A stretch of 60,155 nt of DNA, the filler included, from Piptocephalis cylindrospora (Eukaryota), in the NCBI GenBank assembly GCA_003614145.1. It is 7 parts of 7 records of this genome, joined end to end, with 100 filler letters (N's around TTAATTAATTAA, not from the genome) between each part and the next. Parts side by side here need not be neighbours in the genome. Positions count along the whole stretch, not along the records: positions 51,690 to 60,155 come from KZ988146.1; 6 more parts are not named here. One strand, 5' to 3'. The position numbers and the translations under genes are program-made. Below the pieces are notes generated by a model that was not told where the DNA came from, searched no databases, and saw nothing but the letters and a program-made list of their open reading frames with translations. Of this stretch, positions 58,006 to 60,155 are shown piece by piece; positions within the stretch are counted from its first letter, which is position 1, and each line of letters starts with the position of its first letter.

Positions 58006-59244
58006 CTACAATGAGCAAGGATTGACGAGAACATCGGACCGGGTGGATGTATGGATAGATGGGAGGTGTGGGTCGGCGCTCATGGTAAGGCGGCTTGTTG
58101 ATGCCTGCATGAGCTCTAGTTGCTCGTACATTTGGTTGGACCGGATACACAAGTCCTCGACGACATTTTCCATCTCTTCCCGTAGCATACCTCGTTCCCG
58201 GATCCGCTTAAGCTCCTGAAAATACATGGACACACTCACCATGACATTAGCGGTAATACGATTGGGTCCACCAAAGAAGAATAGTGTCTTGGACAGGGCA
58301 GGGGACGTATAGATTTTCACGGGGAAGATGGCGCACAGGAGAGCAACAACCATACCAATGAGGCTGATGACCACAAAGATGGAGTTAAGGGTACGCATGG
58401 TGCCGAGGATAGCGTTAGCTTCCACGATGGTTATATGCACGTTTAGATTGCTATAGGTAGTAGGCCTTTCAGTTATCGCCAACATTGTCCTTGACGAAGA
58501 GGGAGTCTTGGACTTGGGATCCGCATGGCCTACTGCGCTAGATGAAGATGATATAGAGCCTGCCGGGATTTGTTTCAAAGAGTGGATTTGCTTGGCCAAA
58601 ATTTTGGAGAGGCTGTATCCATATACCCAGAAGATCCATGCGGCGATACCGGTATTCAGCGCACAAAAACACATTCCCGCCTGGAAGAGAATCTGGGCAA
58701 CCTGGGGTTTATCCATATCCAGGTACCCCGCGGAAAGGGTGATGAGGACGAGGAAGAGTATTAAGATCAGGGGCGTCGAGAAAAGGATATACCGGGCACG
58801 GGCACGAAGGGACGTATGATACCTACGTTTCCATAGGACAACGAATCGTGGGGAGAGGAGGCTATTGAGATAGGGGATGAGGCAGCCGTAGGATATGGGG
58901 AGGGAGGAAAATTGCAGGAGCATCCTCACCCAGTAAGGGCTCGGGACATCAATGAGTTGGATGAGATAGAGGACGATGTGGTCCAGGCCCGTTATGACAT
59001 AGCCCGCCTGAGCCCAGGTGGAGCTGTGCCACCGGTCTGGCCGAATCCATTCATTTTTTCGCATCTCGGTCATGCGGAGGAGGAGGAGGCCAAAGCATGT
59101 AAGGATGACCGCTTGTACCACCCCAGCGGCTGTTATACCTATGTAGTATCCCTCGTCCTTGCAGTGTCTTATATAGATTTGCCACCGACAGGGCGTATCC
59201 TCCCAGGAGGTTTCATTAAATAGTGGATCCAAACGAAGGTCCAT
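58006..59244 (-). CDS. orphan 7-TM (GPCR-like topology) membrane protein, paralogue B, single exon
   Basis: N-glycosylation sequon NET near the N-terminus, PCRWQIYIRHCKD, about seven TM helices; colinear motifs with 38913-40169. Confidence 0.85.
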   Translation of the reverse strand: MDLRLDPLFNETSWEDTPCRWQIYIRHCKDEGYYIGITAAGVVQAVILTCFGLLLLRMTEMRKNEWIRPDRWHSSTWAQAGYVITGLDHIVLYLIQLIDVPSPYWVRMLLQFSSLPISYGCLIPYLNSLLSPRFVVLWKRRYHTSLRARARYILFSTPLILILFLVLITLSAGYLDMDKPQVAQILFQAGMCFCALNTGIAAWIFWVYGYSLSKILAKQIHSLKQIPAGSISSSSSAVGHADPKSKTPSSSRTMLAITERPTTYSNLNVHITIVEANAILGTMRTLNSIFVVISLIGMVVALLCAIFPVKIYTSPALSKTLFFFGGPNRITANVMVSVSMYFQELKRIRERGMLREEMENVVEDLCIRSNQMYEQLELMQASTSRLTMSADPHLPSIHTSTRSDVLVNPCSL

Positions 59245-60155
59245 TCAATAGTATTCTATGGAAGGTGAGAGAGAAAAAGGTACGAGACCACCAGAGCAAA
59301 CTGGGAGCACGACCCACAAGGAGGATTGTAGGGAAAGGAGGCGGTCAAGGGATTCTCAAAGATAAATGACCTTTATGAGCTAAGGGCGAGGACGTGAATA
59401 ACAGAAAAGAAGAGGAAAAAGAGAAGGAGGATGAGGATGAGGGCTCTATAATGCAATGCAGGATGTGGATGGGCAATTTGCACAAATCCTTCCTCCACCT
59501 TTCCAACCTAAAAACCCGATATCGGGTGCCTTGAAAAGCAATTGGGGACCGAAGTGGCGGAGCTGAATGAAGAGGAGGACATGGTAGGGTAAGACTGGCT
59601 AGTTGAGCACTCTACTACTAACAATTTCATGAGAAAAATGGGATTTTTAGTCATTAACCAGGGTTCGCACACCCATGGAAAGGGGGGGGGGGACGGTCAG
59701 TCAATGGCGTCTCATTCATTTATTCTATGAGTGCAAGGATTAGGAAGGCCTTCAACCTGACAGCTGCTCATATGAGTAGGTGACTTGTTTTGGAACAGCC
59801 CGATGCCCTCCTTACCTGTAATATTGAGCTTGCTGCACAAGATCCCTTGGGTTTATACTAGCCTCCTACCCAGGCTCATCTGGGTGAGGAAAAGTGCATA
59901 TGCCGTTCCTCCGATGTGATTGGATGCAATGCCAAGCGCACGACGCCGCAAGCATGGAGTGTGTGCAAGGCGATTCAGATGGGTTTTTTTTAATGATGGA
60001 CAAGGGGAACCCTTGGTAGAGAGTGGGGAGAGATGGACGAGGGCTGGGCAAGAGCATGGTGAACTCGGAATAAGTCACTCCGTCTATTCCAGAAGGACCA
60101 TGGAACATCTTTTATGAAGGGGGGGAAGGGGGGAAGGGGGGAAGGGAGGAAGGGG

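Noticed and set aside
8735..59244. A G-protein/cAMP signalling gene cluster (PKA-R, 7TM-RGS, two 7-TMs)
   Set aside because: The genes sit on three different artificially joined contigs; only PKA-R and 7TM-RGS share a contig, and SPC98 separates them.
60119..60155. Telomere at the window end (GGGGGGAA-like repeats)
   Set aside because: Irregular purine tract like many internal GA-rich tracts; other contig ends also fall in G/C homopolymers.

Overview
Eukaryotic (fungal) nuclear DNA, not a prokaryotic locus. The window is an artificial concatenation of seven unrelated contigs joined by 100-bp N44-TTAATTAATTAA-N44 spacers. The segments measure 8550, 8540, 8537, 8491, 8489, 8482 and 8466 bp, in decreasing size, so gene order across the spacers has no biological meaning. 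Genes are compact, with short GT-AG introns. Conserved housekeeping genes recognised are VPS38/UVRAG, DCN1, BNA6, a DNAJC3-type TPR-J protein, the PKA regulatory subunit, SPC98, SWI3/RSC8, FAD1, MRM1, pirin, YIP1, CSE1, MRPS8, SET1 (5' part), TYS1 and HFL1/TMEM184. Gene content and style suggest an early-diverging fungus, possibly a zoopagomycete; this is inference only. The most notable items are (1) two clearly paralogous, intronless orphan 7-TM receptor-like genes on different contigs sharing a PCxWxxxIRHCxD N-terminal motif, (2) a 7TM-RGS fusion protein, (3) an Ino2-like bHLH gene split by a +1 frameshift at CCC-A7, (4) an orphan protein with tandem UBZ-like fingers and SIM-like motifs, (5) an orphan small secreted protein, and (6) an ascorbate-oxidase-type multicopper oxidase. 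No rRNA, tRNA, CRISPR array or transposon was recognised.
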